Shown one piece after another: positions 63,421 to 63,712 of a stretch of DNA of 63,712 nt (positions are counted from its first letter, which is position 1; each line of letters begins with the position of its first letter). Location: positions 627,500 to 691,211 of the forward strand of contig RHPI01003369.1 in assembly GCA_009103225.1 (NCBI GenBank). The letters run 5' to 3'. The translations under genes were made by a program, and so were the position numbers. The DNA comes from Chlorokybus atmophyticus (Eukaryota > Plantae > Mesostigma and Chlorokybus algae). Below the pieces are notes generated by a model that saw only the letters and a program-made list of their open reading frames with translations, did no database searches and was not told the origin of the DNA.

Positions 63421-63712
63421 TTGCACACAGAACGCGACGCGTAAAGAACATGTGTAATATGTTTAACTTATGCGTATGTACACTATGGTGTGTTTTTAGT
63501 CGATGGCAGCAGCAGCTGCTGCCATGCCATCGATCAAACAAAACTGGTAAATTGTACAAAGGACAGCCATGCTAAGCAAACAACGAAGGACGCCGGAAGA
63601 GTCCAACACGGTTGCATTGTTGCTTAAGGCATGCCTGCATGAACACATGCGCAGGCATGCACCGGCACAACAACATGCAAGTACCGGCTAACAACAGTGA
63701 AAGCCAGAAGGG

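Overview
Eukaryotic nuclear DNA from a photosynthetic, probably flagellated green alga. An early-diverging streptophyte is an inference from short spliceosomal introns, plastid transit peptides, a PRR clock gene and a CEP164-like protein. The left part (about 2.4-26 kb) is a transposon island and the right part is a run of intron-containing host genes. Island contents: (1) an 11.1-kb Ty3/Gypsy-type retroelement (2394-13486) encoding Gag, protease, a DNMT3-like C5 DNA methyltransferase, RT, RNase H, a DDE integrase and a PHD finger; (2) a decayed intron-containing Plavaka transposase; (3) a decayed minus-strand RING+Tudor gene; (4) a near-intact Ty1/Copia element (20252-25313) inserted into that gene. 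The standout signal is the architecture of the Gypsy element. It has no ordinary LTR pair. It has split direct repeats A1-internal-B1-A2-B2, bounded by TG...CA and a 4-bp TSD (CACT). The B1/A2 junction is a palindromic att-att site (GACA-GC-TGTC). The PBS position is complementary to the element's own predicted transcript 5' end (Tf1-like self-priming), and a 14-bp repeat sits next to both the PBS and the PPT. Together these suggest a DDE-integrase retrotransposon that integrates from a circular or permuted cDNA cut in the middle of its LTR; this mechanism is inference. Host genes: PRR (3' part), EamA transporter, thioredoxin m, AMMECR1, beta-mannosidase, USP, a WW/IQ protein, a CCCH-DnaJ protein, mitochondrial uL3, a plastid single-HMA copper chaperone-like protein and one unidentified partial gene. 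All domain calls are by eye; no database searches were run.
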